Positions 1-10,334 of a stretch of 64,000 nt of DNA are shown here, one piece after another (the stretch's first letter is position 1; every line of letters begins with the position of its first letter). The stretch spans positions 2,852,001 through 2,916,000 of the forward strand of contig OX597815.1 of the NCBI GenBank assembly GCA_951406725.2, read 5' to 3'. The notes beneath the pieces are model-generated. The model was given only the letters and a program-made list of their open reading frames with translations, searched no databases and had not been told where the DNA came from. A program made the position numbers and the translations under genes. The DNA is from Octopus vulgaris. Lineage: Eukaryota.

Positions 1-174
1 GTTTGTGTCGCTTAATGCTGTAGGAAGAATTCAGCAGCATAGTAACAGGGGTGGCAGCCTTTTGCGTAGTTGTGTGTTTCTTCACATGTGCGTAGAGGAA
101 TGGTCAGTAGAAAGGTGTTTGACTGGCAGTTTGAAGTATGTGTGTGCGTGTATGTACGTGTGTACGTGTATTTA

Positions 175-322
175 GGGAGAGTTTACAAAAAGAACAAAAG
201 ACGAAGACAGGTGGTGTACAAAACAAACGGATGTATTAGTATAACGTTCAAGAATAGAAAAAGTCTTTTAGGTTTCGAGCTTATGCTCTTCTACAGAAAG
301 AGACACAGAAAAAACAAGGAGT
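175..322 (-). mobile_element. Penelope-like terminal repeat remnant, family P2 (hammerhead-like motif at ~263-300)
   Basis: Near-identical to 20780-21172 and 22775-22965. The minus strand reads CTTT-CTGTAGA-A-GAGC-ataa-GCTC-GAAA-CCTA-AAAG. Confidence 0.6.
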
Positions 323-489
323 GTGTGTTTTGTGTGTAGTGTGTGCATGCGTCTGTGTGTGTGTGTATGTGTGTGTGTGTGTGTGCGTGTGTGTGTATTT
401 ATGTGTGTGCTTATGGGGTTTTGTGTGGAGGTTGTGTGTATGGAGTATATGTGCGTTCCTCTATGTGTGTGTGCGTGCGTGCCTGTGTG

Positions 490-1000
490 AGCGATGAGAA
501 GTGGAACGGTTATTGGAAGGTGGCTGCAGATTTACCAGGGTGCCAAGGATTCTTTCCCATCCTAGTTACGAAGAAACCGGACATTCTAATGCGGTGTGAA
601 GGAAAGAAGGTTGTGAATCTAGTCGAGTTAATGTTTTCTCCTGAAGATAACATGGACACCGCTCGGGCTCGAAATATTGACCGTCATGTAAACCTGCACG
701 AGGAATGTAGTGACGCAGGCTGGAAAGCGAGGTGTTTCCCAATCGAAGTCGGGTGTAGAGGATTCGTTGGACACAATGCTGAGGCGACTGTTGTTATAGT
801 TGGTTAAAAAGAGACGATGAGCGATGGCTAGAAGAATATTGAGCTATATCTGATAACCAGTTGATCTAGCAAGCGGGGCCTCATTTCAGTGAGTGGGGCC
901 GGTGCGCAATGATGCTGTCGTGAGGTAGGCCACGAAACGGTATGCATTCTCTCCTGATGACCCCACACACTCGCTGGCTTCCGGTATGCGGAGCTTTCGA
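490..1000 (+). mobile_element. 3' fragment of REL-endonuclease non-LTR retrotransposon (HERO/NeSL-like) plus 3' UTR
   Basis: The ORF 343-807 C-terminus has KPD...VELMFSPEDN...GWKARCFPIEVGCRGF, matching the PD-(D/E)xK restriction-like endonuclease pattern. The N-terminal part is microsatellite. Confidence 0.75.
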
Positions 1001-1094
1001 CTGGTAACACTTGCATGTGCAAGTTGTTTGCAAAACATCTACATGGAAAGATGTATATAAAATGAGTGCGAGCCACTCCTTAAAGTTCATTTTC

Positions 1095-2100
1095 ATGTGA
1101 TAGTTACGTCAAAGCTATTTGTTATGCATTCGTTACGTCAAAATTATCTACTACGTCATTGTTACGTCAACGTTATCTGTTATGTTATAGTTACGTCAAA
1201 ACTATTTGTTACGCGGTAGTTACGTTACGTTAACGTCGTCTTTTGTGTAATAGTTATGGCAGTTATCAGTTAGATAATGGTCACGTTAAAATTGTGTATT
1301 AGTTACGTCAATGTTATCTGTTTTTTAATAGTTACAGCAAAGATATCTGTTATGTGATAGTTACGTCAAAGCTGTTTCTGATGCATTTGTTACATCACCG
1401 ATATCTGTTACGTGGTAATTACGTTAAGGTTATCTGTTGGCAGTTATCTCTTACATGCTATATATTCGCTACGTTGATGTTATCTGTTATCTAATAGCTA
1501 TTGCAACGTTATCTGTTACCCGTTATGTTATAGTTGCGCTAGTCATATCTTACGTAATACTTACGATGTGGAGGTGCACTGGCACAGTGGTTAGGGCAGC
1601 AGACTTGCGGTCTTAGGGTCGCGGTTTCGATTCCCAGCCCGGGCACTGTGAGTATTTATTGAGCGAAAACACCTAATGTTCCACGAGTCTCCGGCAGTGG
1701 GGTAGCGGCGAACCCTGCAGTGCACTTCCAACACAACTTTCTCTCACTCTTTCTTTGTTGTACCTGTATTTCAAAGGGACCAGCCTTGTCACACTCTGTG
1801 TCACACTGAATTTCCCCCGAGAACTATGTTAAGGGTACACGTAGCTGCGGAGTGCTCAGTCACTTGCACGTTAATTTCACGAGCAGGCTGTTCCGTTGAT
1901 TGGATTAACTGGAACCCTCGTCGTCGTAACCGGCGGAGTGCCTCGAATAGTTACGATAAAGTTATGTAATAGTTAGTCAAACTCACTCGTAATGCAATAG
2001 TCACATTACAGCCTCTGATAGTTTCGTCAAAGTTGTCTGTTAAGCGATATTACATCAAAGTTATTTGTTGCTTAATAATTACAGAAAAGTTCATTATTTA
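1095..2100. repeat. Degenerate ~29-30 bp minisatellite (TAGTTACGTCAAAGTTATCTGTTATGTNA), interrupted by a SINE; resumes at 3180-3285
   Basis: GTTACGTCAA and TATCTGTTA recur at ~29-bp spacing. Confidence 0.8.
1568..1942 (+). mobile_element. tRNA-derived SINE family A, tail alpha
   Basis: A box TGGCACAGTGG and B-like GTTTCGATTCC; homologous to 41987-42311 and 49282-49659. Candidate TSD AATA(C/G)TTACGAT at 1556-1567 / 1946-1957. Confidence 0.85.
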
Positions 2101-2341
2101 CATAATTTACACTCGACGGATATTTATCCTCATCTTGTTTGTTGTTAACACAACGTTTCGGCTGATATCCCCCTCCAGCCTTCATCAGGTGTCTTGGGGA
2201 AATTTCGAACCTGGGTTCTCATTCCTAAGGTATTTTCAATGTCATTATTATTATTAATATTATTATTATTATTATTATTATTCAGGTCACTGCCCGGAAT
2301 CGAACTCGGAATTAGTAGCCCGCGCTCTCAACCACTACGCC

Positions 2342-2344
<3 letters not shown>
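2100..2344 (-). mobile_element. tRNA-headed SINE-like element with (AAT)n linker and hammerhead-bearing tail (family H)
   Basis: Minus strand: A box TGGCGTAGTGG, B box GTTCGATTCC, then (AAT)n, then a tail containing CTGATGA...GAAA. No T4 run inside the element. Confidence 0.75.
2147..2193 (-). ncRNA. Minimal type I hammerhead ribozyme (intact core)
   Basis: GACAC-CTGATGA-A-GGCTG(loop)CAGCC-GAAA-CG-TT^GTGTT. Stem I GACAC/GTGTT, stem II GGCTG/CAGCC, palindromic stem III ACGT. Confidence 0.75.
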
Positions 2345-2375
<31 letters not shown>

Positions 2376-2377
<2 letters not shown>

Positions 2378-2931
2378 GCCCTGATGCAGTACCAGGCAGT
2401 GGTTCTCATGGCTTCTGATCTTAACTGATTGGAAGTGTTATCATGTACATTGTTTTGTCTTGGTATAAAAGATGGGCTACAGCAAATATTCTGCTCAATA
2501 CCACAGATTTGCTTGTCAGTTGTTTGACCTTAACCAGTTGAGTATGTCCCTTAGTGGCTGACGATATGTGCATCTCTGATCACGAGTAGAAGTAGTGGGG
2601 GAGCATCATAGCCATGTGTTGAGAGGGATTCTTTGGGATTTGAATGATTCACATCTGGAAACATGGGTGTTTCGTTCAGCATCCTTAAACAACCCTTACT
2701 CAGGGACCTTTTGAGCAGGATGGGTTACTCGACCAGAAGAAAATTCTAACTGGGCCCCACATACAAGGTCATGTGCTGTTTATCTTGATATGAGATCATC
2801 ATGTCGCGCACATATGGTTGTGATGCATGTGCCTGGTGTACCCTTATCAGACGGGTAGTCATGATGGGTATACTGGGCTTTGTATATTTTGCCCCAGTGT
2901 CACTTTGATGGCATGCACTGCTCTCTCACTC
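2376..2931 (+). mobile_element. ~555-bp ORF-less (AAT)n-targeted repeat (family M), full length
   Basis: Six copies in the window with shared ends ATGCCCTGATGCAGTACC...CTCTCTCACTC; flanked by (AAT)n on both sides. Confidence 0.85.
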
Positions 2932-2993
<62 letters not shown>

Positions 2994-3000
2994 CAACAAC

Positions 3001-3180
3001 ATCGAAAAATACCTTAGGAATGAGAACCCAGGTTCGAAATTTCCCCAAGACACCTGATGAAAGCTGGAGGGTATATCAGCCAAAACGCTGTGTTAACAAC
3101 AAACAAGATGAGGACAAATATCTGTCAAATGTAAATAATGTAAATAATGTACATAATTCCCCATCTCTTACATATAGAAC
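3001..3180 (+). mobile_element. Second, headless copy of the family H tail; hammerhead core mutated
   Basis: Inverted homolog of 2100-2245. CTGATGA at 3054-3060, but GAAA is changed to AAAA and GTT to GCT. Confidence 0.8.
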
Positions 3181-3386
3181 TGCAGTAAAGTTGTTATAAA
3201 ATAATCGTATTAACATTAAGCTGTTATGAAAATGGTTACCTTAAAACTATCTCTTTACAGTTATGTTAAAGCTATCCATTACTGAGATGTTTGATACAAC
3301 AGAATGACTAATACGATTGATATAAATGTTTTGATATGCTTAATGCAATGGACTGTTTGATGCGTTTCATAGAATAGAATATTTGA

Positions 3387-3859
3387 TGCTGACATAACAT
3401 GGCAGTCCTGGTTTAGGACGAATGTTGCTGTAATTTAGCCCCAGGAGTAAAAGAGCAAAAGAGCTGGCTATACAACATGATCTGTGTCCTTATATTTTCA
3501 AATAAGGGAATCTAGCACCCCCACTCAGCTCAAAAAATATCTTGTGTATTGTGATTTCTGGGTTATTTCTCTTCATCAGCGCAGAATAAATTGTTCTGCT
3601 AGAGGTGGCGCTGCCAAATTCCCATTCGAAATATGTAGTTTTCAAAGTGACAACTTGTCACTGATTTATAAATTAGATAATTACTATTTTTAAATCGCGA
3701 AACACAGATATTGTTTTGAGCAGAGTGGGGGTGCTAGACTCCCTTGTTCGAATATATAAGGACACAGATCATGTTGTATAGCTAGCTGGGGACGATGTCT
3801 CCTGGGGCTAAATTACAGCAACATTCGTCCTAAACCAGGACTGCAATGTTATGTTGGCA
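3387..3859. mobile_element. Foldback/MITE with long terminal inverted repeats
   Basis: 3387-3448 is the near reverse complement of 3799-3859, and 3462-3557 of 3692-3787. Confidence 0.85.
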
Positions 3860-3890
3860 AACAATCTTTACTCCAAACTACTGCTGCTGA

Positions 3891-4260
3891 TGCTGTTGCT
3901 GTTGAGCAACAGAGCTCTTCGTCCCAGAGCTCGCAAGATGGGAGAAGTCTTTTGCTATTCGTAAGACCCGCAGAAGAGAAAGCAGGTCAACCCCCGACAC
4001 CGAGAGCATCGACGGATGGATGAATGCACATCCAGGTTCGGCAGTTGCGTAGGAAGTCAGGGACAAGAAATAAGAAGAAAGAGTGAGAGAAAGTTGGAGC
4101 AAAAGAGTACAACAGGGGTCGCCACCACCCCTGCCGGAGCCTCGGGGAGCTTTAGGTGTTTTCGCTCAATAAACACACACAATGCCCGGTCTGGGAATCG
4201 AAACCGCGATTTTCCGACCGCGAGTCCGCTGCCCTGACCGTTGGGCCATTGCGTCACCAC
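3891..4260 (-). mobile_element. SINE family A, tail gamma ending in (CAG/CAA)n
   Basis: Head and core match the other A copies; the tail at 3891-4075 is unrelated to tails alpha and beta. Confidence 0.85.
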
Positions 4261-4636
4261 TTACTGTTGCTGAATATCTCTCGCTGTGAGATTTAAAAGA
4301 ACGTTTGATGTTTGAGATGTTTGATGTGTTTAATGCAAATATTCATTGATATGCTTGACATACGTGTTTTTAAGTTTACCAGGATACTTGATATGCTAAA
4401 AACAAGGGGAATGTTTGATAGTGATACGATAGCGTGTTCGATATTGATGCAACAGAATGCTTAATACGTCTGATATGTATCCTACAAATGTTTGATAGGT
4501 TTGACGTAAGAGAATGCTTGATATGTTATCTCCTAAATATGCTTGGAACATTGATATATGAGATACAATAGAATGCATGATATGTTGGACACAATGGCAT
4601 GGTTGGTGTGTTTGATACAGAGGAATGTTTGATATA

Positions 4637-4782
4637 CTCTTTTACTCTTTTACTTGTTTCAGTCATTTAAATGCGGCCATGCTGGAGCACCGCTTTTTTA
4701 GTCGAGCAAATCAGCCCCAAGGTTATTCTTTGTAAGCCTGGCACTTATTCTATCGGTCCCTTTTGCCGAACCGCTAAGTTAC
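4637..4782 (-). mobile_element. SINE family B, 3' half
   Basis: Matches the tail of the full copy at 51116-51514. Confidence 0.85.
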
Positions 4783-4879
4783 GATATATATAACAATTAT
4801 GTTTTTTGTGCTTAATACAGGAGTATGTTTCATGTTTGATGTGTTCAACTCAATAAGATGTTTGATATTGATATATTTA

Positions 4880-4945
4880 AAATAATAATAAAATAAAAAT
4901 AATAATGAAATTATTGTATACAGTGCTCAGGTGCACCACAACACA
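4880..4945 (-). mobile_element. LINE-like 3' tail fused to U2
   Basis: GTTGTGGTGCACCTGAGCACTGTATACAATAATTTC followed by (ATT)n, directly after the U2 3' end. Confidence 0.55.
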
Positions 4946-5133
4946 TGGGCTGAACCCTGGAAGTACTGCTATACCAGGCCAACCTGTGGCAAAGGCGGAG
5001 CAAGCCCCTAACTCTTCGCCTCGTTCTAAAAATCAGTTTAATATCGATGGTCCCAAATGGGGACCGTATCAGATATTAAGCTGATAAGATCAGATACTAC
5101 ACTTTCATCTTAGCCAATAGGCCGAGAAGCGAT
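4946..5133 (-). pseudogene. U2: Full-length (~188 nt) U2 snRNA retrocopy
   Basis: The minus strand starts ATCGCTTCTCGGCCTATTGGCTAAGAT and contains branch-pairing GTAGTA, stem IIa/IIb, Sm-like ATTTTTAG and stem-loop IV CCTGGTATAGCAGTACTTCCAGG. It has substitutions at normally conserved positions and sits inside a minisatellite. Confidence 0.93.
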
Positions 5134-5510
5134 AGAATGTTTGGTGTGTTTGATGTTTGATGCAGTGGTATCTTTGGTATGTTAGTTTGATGCGTTAGAT
5201 ACAAATGTTTCGTATGTTGGAAATATTTCGTGCGATTGACACAAATATATTATTTGCAACTTGGAATCGAAGAGCGGAGCCTCTACGTGACAGTTTGACA
5301 GACCAGAAATAGCAGCCAGATTTCTCAAACTTCACCTTACCATCTTAAAAATTGATCGAAGGCCATGTTGGATACTTGTTATATACTTCTAATCTTAGAA
5401 ACACTTCTTGGAAATAAGATGATATGGTCATAGCTGGAACGCTTTAAAAATAGTTCTGTTCGATCACATTTGGCCTGGTGATGAGTAACATCATCAATAT
5501 CATCGCCGTC

Positions 5511-5779
5511 GTCGCCATGAGCAACCAAGTCAGAATCTGCCGTCGCCTCAGAAGAAACATCACGTGATGAACTGTTTAAAGCCAAAGCGATATCAAATAT
5601 GTAAAACAACTCTGTCTTGTGACAGGCGTTGCTATGACAGCATACCTTGCCCTGTTTTAAGTTAGGTATTTTCGTACAATCGCCTTGTTTGTCAAGTGTT
5701 GCCATGGCAATATCCTCTGCCATCTCAGGTATTTTTGGCTTTCAGAATAAATAGCGTCAGACATTGCCTCATTAGCAAC
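5511..5779. promoter_or_regulatory. Cluster of RFX X-box-like motifs plus an E-box
   Basis: GTCGCCATGAGCAAC 5511-5525, GTTGCTATGACAGC 5628-5641, GTTGCCATGGCAAT 5698-5711, half-site TAGCAAC ~5773-5779, ATCACGTGAT 5559-5568. Confidence 0.5.
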
Positions 5780-5983
5780 CAACCAGCCTGTTGTCATTAG
5801 AAAAACTGTATCTCTGCTTGGTATCTCGATCTGCTAGAAATAGATCGAAATGCCAATCTCCATATCACTGAAAAGAAGGAAAGGACACATTTGATAATGT
5901 AGTCCTTGATACACATTGTATGAAAAGAAAATATAAAAAGGAAGCCTCGACTTAGAGATTCGATCGACAAGAAATAGTAACTA

Positions 5984-6683
5984 CTAGCAGTATAGCCTGG
6001 CCTTGCCCGGTATTAAGTTACTATTACTAAGCAAATCAAGTTCTTTATTTCAAACCAAACTCAGTAATATCGACTCTCAACAAAACACTTTTTTACTCGG
6101 CGTAAAATAAAAACAAAACTCTTTCGCACCCAAAGTAATGTATGTGAGAGAGAGAGGGGAGAAAGATGAACGATTTAAAATAAATAAATGATTTAAAATA
6201 AATATATTGTAATTGTTGTGTGAGAAAGTATATATACTATGATTATAAGATATAGTGTCTTTCAAAAACATCCTGAATTTGAACACTATATCTCGTGTTT
6301 AAGAAAAAACAAAACATTTTATTTTTTATGAACGTCGTCACTTACTCTATCTCTCTCTCTCTCTCTCAGTTTGTCTTTCCCGTGAAACTCTCTTCCACTC
6401 TTCTTTATCTTATTTTTTTGTTAGACGCCGTCAAAAAGCTATGGCTGTTATTTTTTATGGCTAAAAGCTATGGCTGAATATAGAATTTTACCGCTATCCG
6501 CGGGTGCCTCGGGAAAAAAATAAGTTGACAAAACCCAGATAGGATGTTGACGAATGTCCTCCTAAAATTGGAGCGACATGCGTGCTAATTTGTGGACGTG
6601 CATAAATTACAATCACGTACACACACATACACACACACATACACACACACACATACACCACATCATGCCTTTTATAGATATGA
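5984..6683 (-). mobile_element. Non-autonomous Helitron-like element
   Basis: On the minus strand it ends in a GC hairpin plus CTAG at 5984-5987. The other end has TC..TATAAAA followed by a (TG)n tract, as in 57912-58319. Confidence 0.55.
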
Positions 6684-6689
6684 TATCTT

Positions 6690-6975
6690 TCTAATAATAC
6701 TCCACATTGCTGAAAAGGACACATTTGATATTGTAGTCTTAGATACACAATGTCTGAAAACAAAAAGGCGGGATAGTCACATTTGGAAAGATTTTGATCT
6801 GCTCGTTCAAAGAACAGAACCAAATCTTCTTTGTATCACTACATGCTCTTTGAAAACGAAGGACACATTGGATAACGTTGTCCTAGATAGACTACGTCTG
6901 GAAGTAAAAAGAAAAGCCGGAGAGTCACGATTGGAAAGCCTTTGATGATGGATCTGATCTATTAGGTTGGAAATT
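6690..6975 (+). repeat. Old dispersed repeat (family E), two tandem units; relatives at 5270-5500, 5810-5960, 24150-24605 (-) and 29735-29815
   Basis: Shared AAGGACACATT(T/G)GATAATGTAGTCCTAGATA and CTAGAAATAGCAGCC motifs. Confidence 0.6.
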
Positions 6976-7324
6976 ACACTAAACCACATCAACAACAACA
7001 ACAACCGATCCGTTGACTGCTGTTGTTCCCATGGTCCACTTTTCTATTTTTTATTTACAAAGACCTTTTACAGTCGCGCGAACAGTTCCAGAGAACTAAA
7101 TCAACCGTCTGTCGAACTGAGGCTGTGATTCGTTTCCGATTTCTTACACGATGCTGCGAATCTCGTATCACTTCATGTTCCCTAAATGGGCTCTCCAAGA
7201 CAAAGTTTGTTAGATAGAACGAGTACTTTCAGGTTCCACATACGAGGATGTATGAATGTAAGTATGCATACATGTATGTATGTATGTATGTATGTATGTA
7301 TGTATGTATGTATGCGTGTATGCC

Positions 7325-8045
7325 TTCGCTCTTTTTCTTCTATAAATGTGCCACTGAGGAGGGTGCCGGTTTCCAACAAAGATACCAAACGCCATCTTTG
7401 GGATGTAATTAACACAGACAAATTCACATTTGCAACTTGAGAAAAGTCTTGCATATTTTTACTGTTCCACTCATAGATTGCACTTGTAATGTACGAATCA
7501 GCCGGTCGATTTCTCTTTTTGAAAATCCCAGTTTATCCAGATTTTCCTTTAAGCATTTACTAACAAAACCTAGTGCTCTAATTATTATTAGTATGACTAT
7601 GAACTCATAGTCTGAATATAAAAGCTGGAAGTTTCGAAGCACTTTTCCATAAATATCCTCTTTTTCTTTGATTTTCAAAGAGATATTTATATCTACAGGG
7701 CAGCTGACCTCTACGATAGTGCATATCTTTACCCCTCTATCCCAAACAACAGTATCCAGCCTGTTATGTTTACATTTGACAGATTTTTTTATGGGAATAT
7801 TCCACCAGTATTCCTTGCGTTGGTGTTTACGAACGTATTCCATAACAGAGGGATTTTCTAAGTTTATTTCAGGACATTTTAGGACAGCTACTAATCACAT
7901 ATGACATAGCCTACACATGCGATTGCACCTTGGGATTACACGAGCGTTACTGTCTCTCTCTTGATTACCAGGTACTTTGTGACAATTTCCTGCTCCTGGA
8001 TTGCAAATGCATAACCTTCAAAGTGTGATGTGATGTAGTGGTCTT
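7325..8045 (-). mobile_element. 3' fragment of REL-endonuclease LINE (R4/Dong-like) in (TATG)n
   Basis: ORF 7424-7843: WWNIPIK..HNRLDTVVWD..IVEVSCP..K..Y..IIIRALG. Upstream reads HFEGYAFAIQEQEI. (TATG)n flanks both sides. Confidence 0.85.
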
Positions 8046-8124
8046 GTGTGTGTATGTATGTATGTATGTATGTATGTATGTATGTATGTATGTATGTATG
8101 TATGTATGTATGTATGTACTCTTT

Positions 8125-8600
8125 CTCTTTTAATTTACAATAAACTTTTACGGGTCACCTACTCAGTTGTAAGTTTCTGAGGGAAAATATCTTGTTTTAA
8201 CCATCATCTTTCAAATTGTATGAAGGTCTTGCAGATTTTTATAATCCCGGATATCGTCATCATTTGTAGCGTATGAATTAAGGATTTGCGTTTCTCCCCA
8301 AGATCCCAAATTCAATCAGACGGGTTCGTACGTACCCTGTTGAATAGGAATGAAGCTAGAGAATATCTTGTGGATTTGCTAATTCCTTATCGATGGTCCA
8401 TAGACGTCGTCTTTCTCTTGTATTTTTCTAACTACATAAGCGTGCCGAGGGCAGCTGATTTCCACAACAGAACATATCTTTACCCTGTGATCCCACACAA
8501 CAATATCTGGCCTGTTGTGCTTTAACTTGGTGCTAGTTTTAATTTTTAAGTTCCAACAATACTCTTTTAACCCATCGATCTTAATATGGTCAACTTTATC
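8125..8600 (-). mobile_element. Second, related REL-LINE 3' fragment in the same (TATG)n
   Basis: The minus strand translates HNRPDIVVWDHRVKICSVVEISCP..KIQEKDDVYGP, with stops. Confidence 0.75.
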
Positions 8601-8943
8601 TGTAGGTGTATGTATGTATTTATGTATGTATCCATGTATGTAATTATATATGTAATATATAAATAAGAAGCAACATTCTTTTTTTGAATATATTGTTTAG
8701 AAAACACGACCGGATTAAACGACTCCGACGAAAGCCCAGGAAATATAAACCGAGTGGTTATATGGTGAAAACTTTTTACCATTCTATAGTTAGAGTCAAT
8801 TATTACCAATTTAATATCTGTTTTTGTTCTGAAATTTAACTTTGACTAGCAAACGCACTCGTCATTGCCGGGTCATAGTGCTAGTACATGTATATATGTG
8901 TATATATATGTGTACATATTACATGTACATCTATATATATATA

Positions 8944-9320
8944 CACTACCGCCAGAAATTAATTAGCACCCTTGATTTGCTCTTCACTCAAGGCATGTGC
9001 TGTCACCTAGTGGCCATATCTCGAACTATTGCTTTGTTGCGAGTTCACTGTTGCGCAGAACGATGACGTAACTTTGTTTGCAGAGCAGTTTGAGAGTCTA
9101 CAGCCTTATGATGTTGACATAGCAGTGCAACAACTTGGAGTGCGGATGCAGACAAATCTTCCTTTGTTTAATAGATATAGGTAGCGCCTCGCAAGGACCG
9201 AAATCACACCATACTAAGTTTTCTCATCGCATAAGACGTTTTGAACAGCTCATAGGTTAATTGATTTAACCTATCTAATGTAGAAATTTGAGAAGTGCTA
9301 ATTAATTTCTGACGCAAGTG
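8944..9320. mobile_element. Tc1/mariner-type MITE
   Basis: TIRs CACTACCGCCAGAAATTAATTAGCAC / GTGCTAATTAATTTCTGACGCAAGTG, with TA on both sides. Confidence 0.85.
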
Positions 9321-9369
9321 TACATCTACACATAAAATACAAAATACAAAGTTATATCTTGATATCGCT

Positions 9370-9900
9370 AGTGATAACAATACTCAAAGTATATAACAGA
9401 CTGGAATTGTAGGCCCGTCTCGATCAATTGTATCTTGTCCTCCCTCTTGTATAGAAGTGTGGCTACAATCCAGCCTAACTCTACTTCTGGGGCGACATTT
9501 AAAATTTTTGTCCGGGACGTCCTATGTCTCAGATATAAAGGTAAAAATAAAATATTTCCACTTTGCAAGGTTCGAGTCGAGCCTTGCTTCTATTGTGGCG
9601 AATTTACCGCCTCTGGTTAGATATCTTTCATAGTCACACCAAGACACTTTTCAATGGTGCTTTCCTCCAGGTGTTCAAATCTTTTTTTCTCTCCATTTTA
9701 TACTTTATAGACAATAGTCTTTTCTTTAATTTTATTTTTTATTTCGTTTGGTGGTGTTATCCTAGATTCACCGTCTTTGTCGGTGATCAATCCGAAGTAG
9801 GTTTGTATTTCTTCCATTTTAATTTTAATGAGTTCACGCCCGCCGACGGCAGCAGCGAAATTCATTTTTGGACTTTCTTCTATCGAAGGCATTCTAACAA
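9370..9900 (-). pseudogene. Decayed ORF, probably retroelement ORF1-like
   Basis: Collinear broken ORFs 9698-9892 and 9368-9568 with protein-like composition. No diagnostic motif. Confidence 0.35.
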
Positions 9901-10053
9901 AAATGCTTCCGTGTAAACGGTGAAAATATTGTCAATTTCCCCAAACAGGGACATAATTCAATTTTTAAACAATAACCAAAGCTCCTTCTCCCAAAGGAGA
10001 CGATGGGTACTTTTATCACTGTTTTGTTTTCTTCCATTTCTTTCTCCCCATCC

Positions 10054-10255
10054 TTTACTCTCTTTTTACTCTTTTACTTGTTTCAGTCACTTGACTGCGG
10101 CCATGCTGGAGCACCGCCTTTAGTCGAGCAAATCGACCCCGGGACTTATTCTTTGTAAGCCCAGTACTTATTCTATCGATCTATTTTGCCGAACCGCTAA
10201 GTGACGGGGACGTAAACACACCAGCATCGGTTGTCAAGCAATGCTAGGGGGACAA

Positions 10256-10334
<79 letters not shown>

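Larger units (their letters stand above)
4295..5255. repeat. Degenerate ~26-bp minisatellite (GATGTGTTTGATACAATAGAATGTTT), fragmented by insertions; also at 3285-3386
   Basis: ATGTTTGAT and TAGAATG motifs recur on both sides of the SINE and U2 insertions. Confidence 0.65.

Noticed and set aside
915-970. GAAA...CTGATGA in the HERO-like 3' UTR as a hammerhead
   Set aside because: Stems I-III cannot be closed in the required topology in this copy.
3598-3613. CTCF-like AGAGGTGGCGCTG at the MITE centre
   Set aside because: Partial match only, single instance.
4946-5133. Functional U2 gene, or Utopia target site
   Set aside because: No promoter or 3' box context and several conserved positions are mutated. 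U2 is uninterrupted, unlike a Utopia insertion.
8720-8800. GACTCCGACGA..GAAA with two hairpins
   Set aside because: Stem II is absent and the cleavage site is unclear; at most a decayed PLE terminus.
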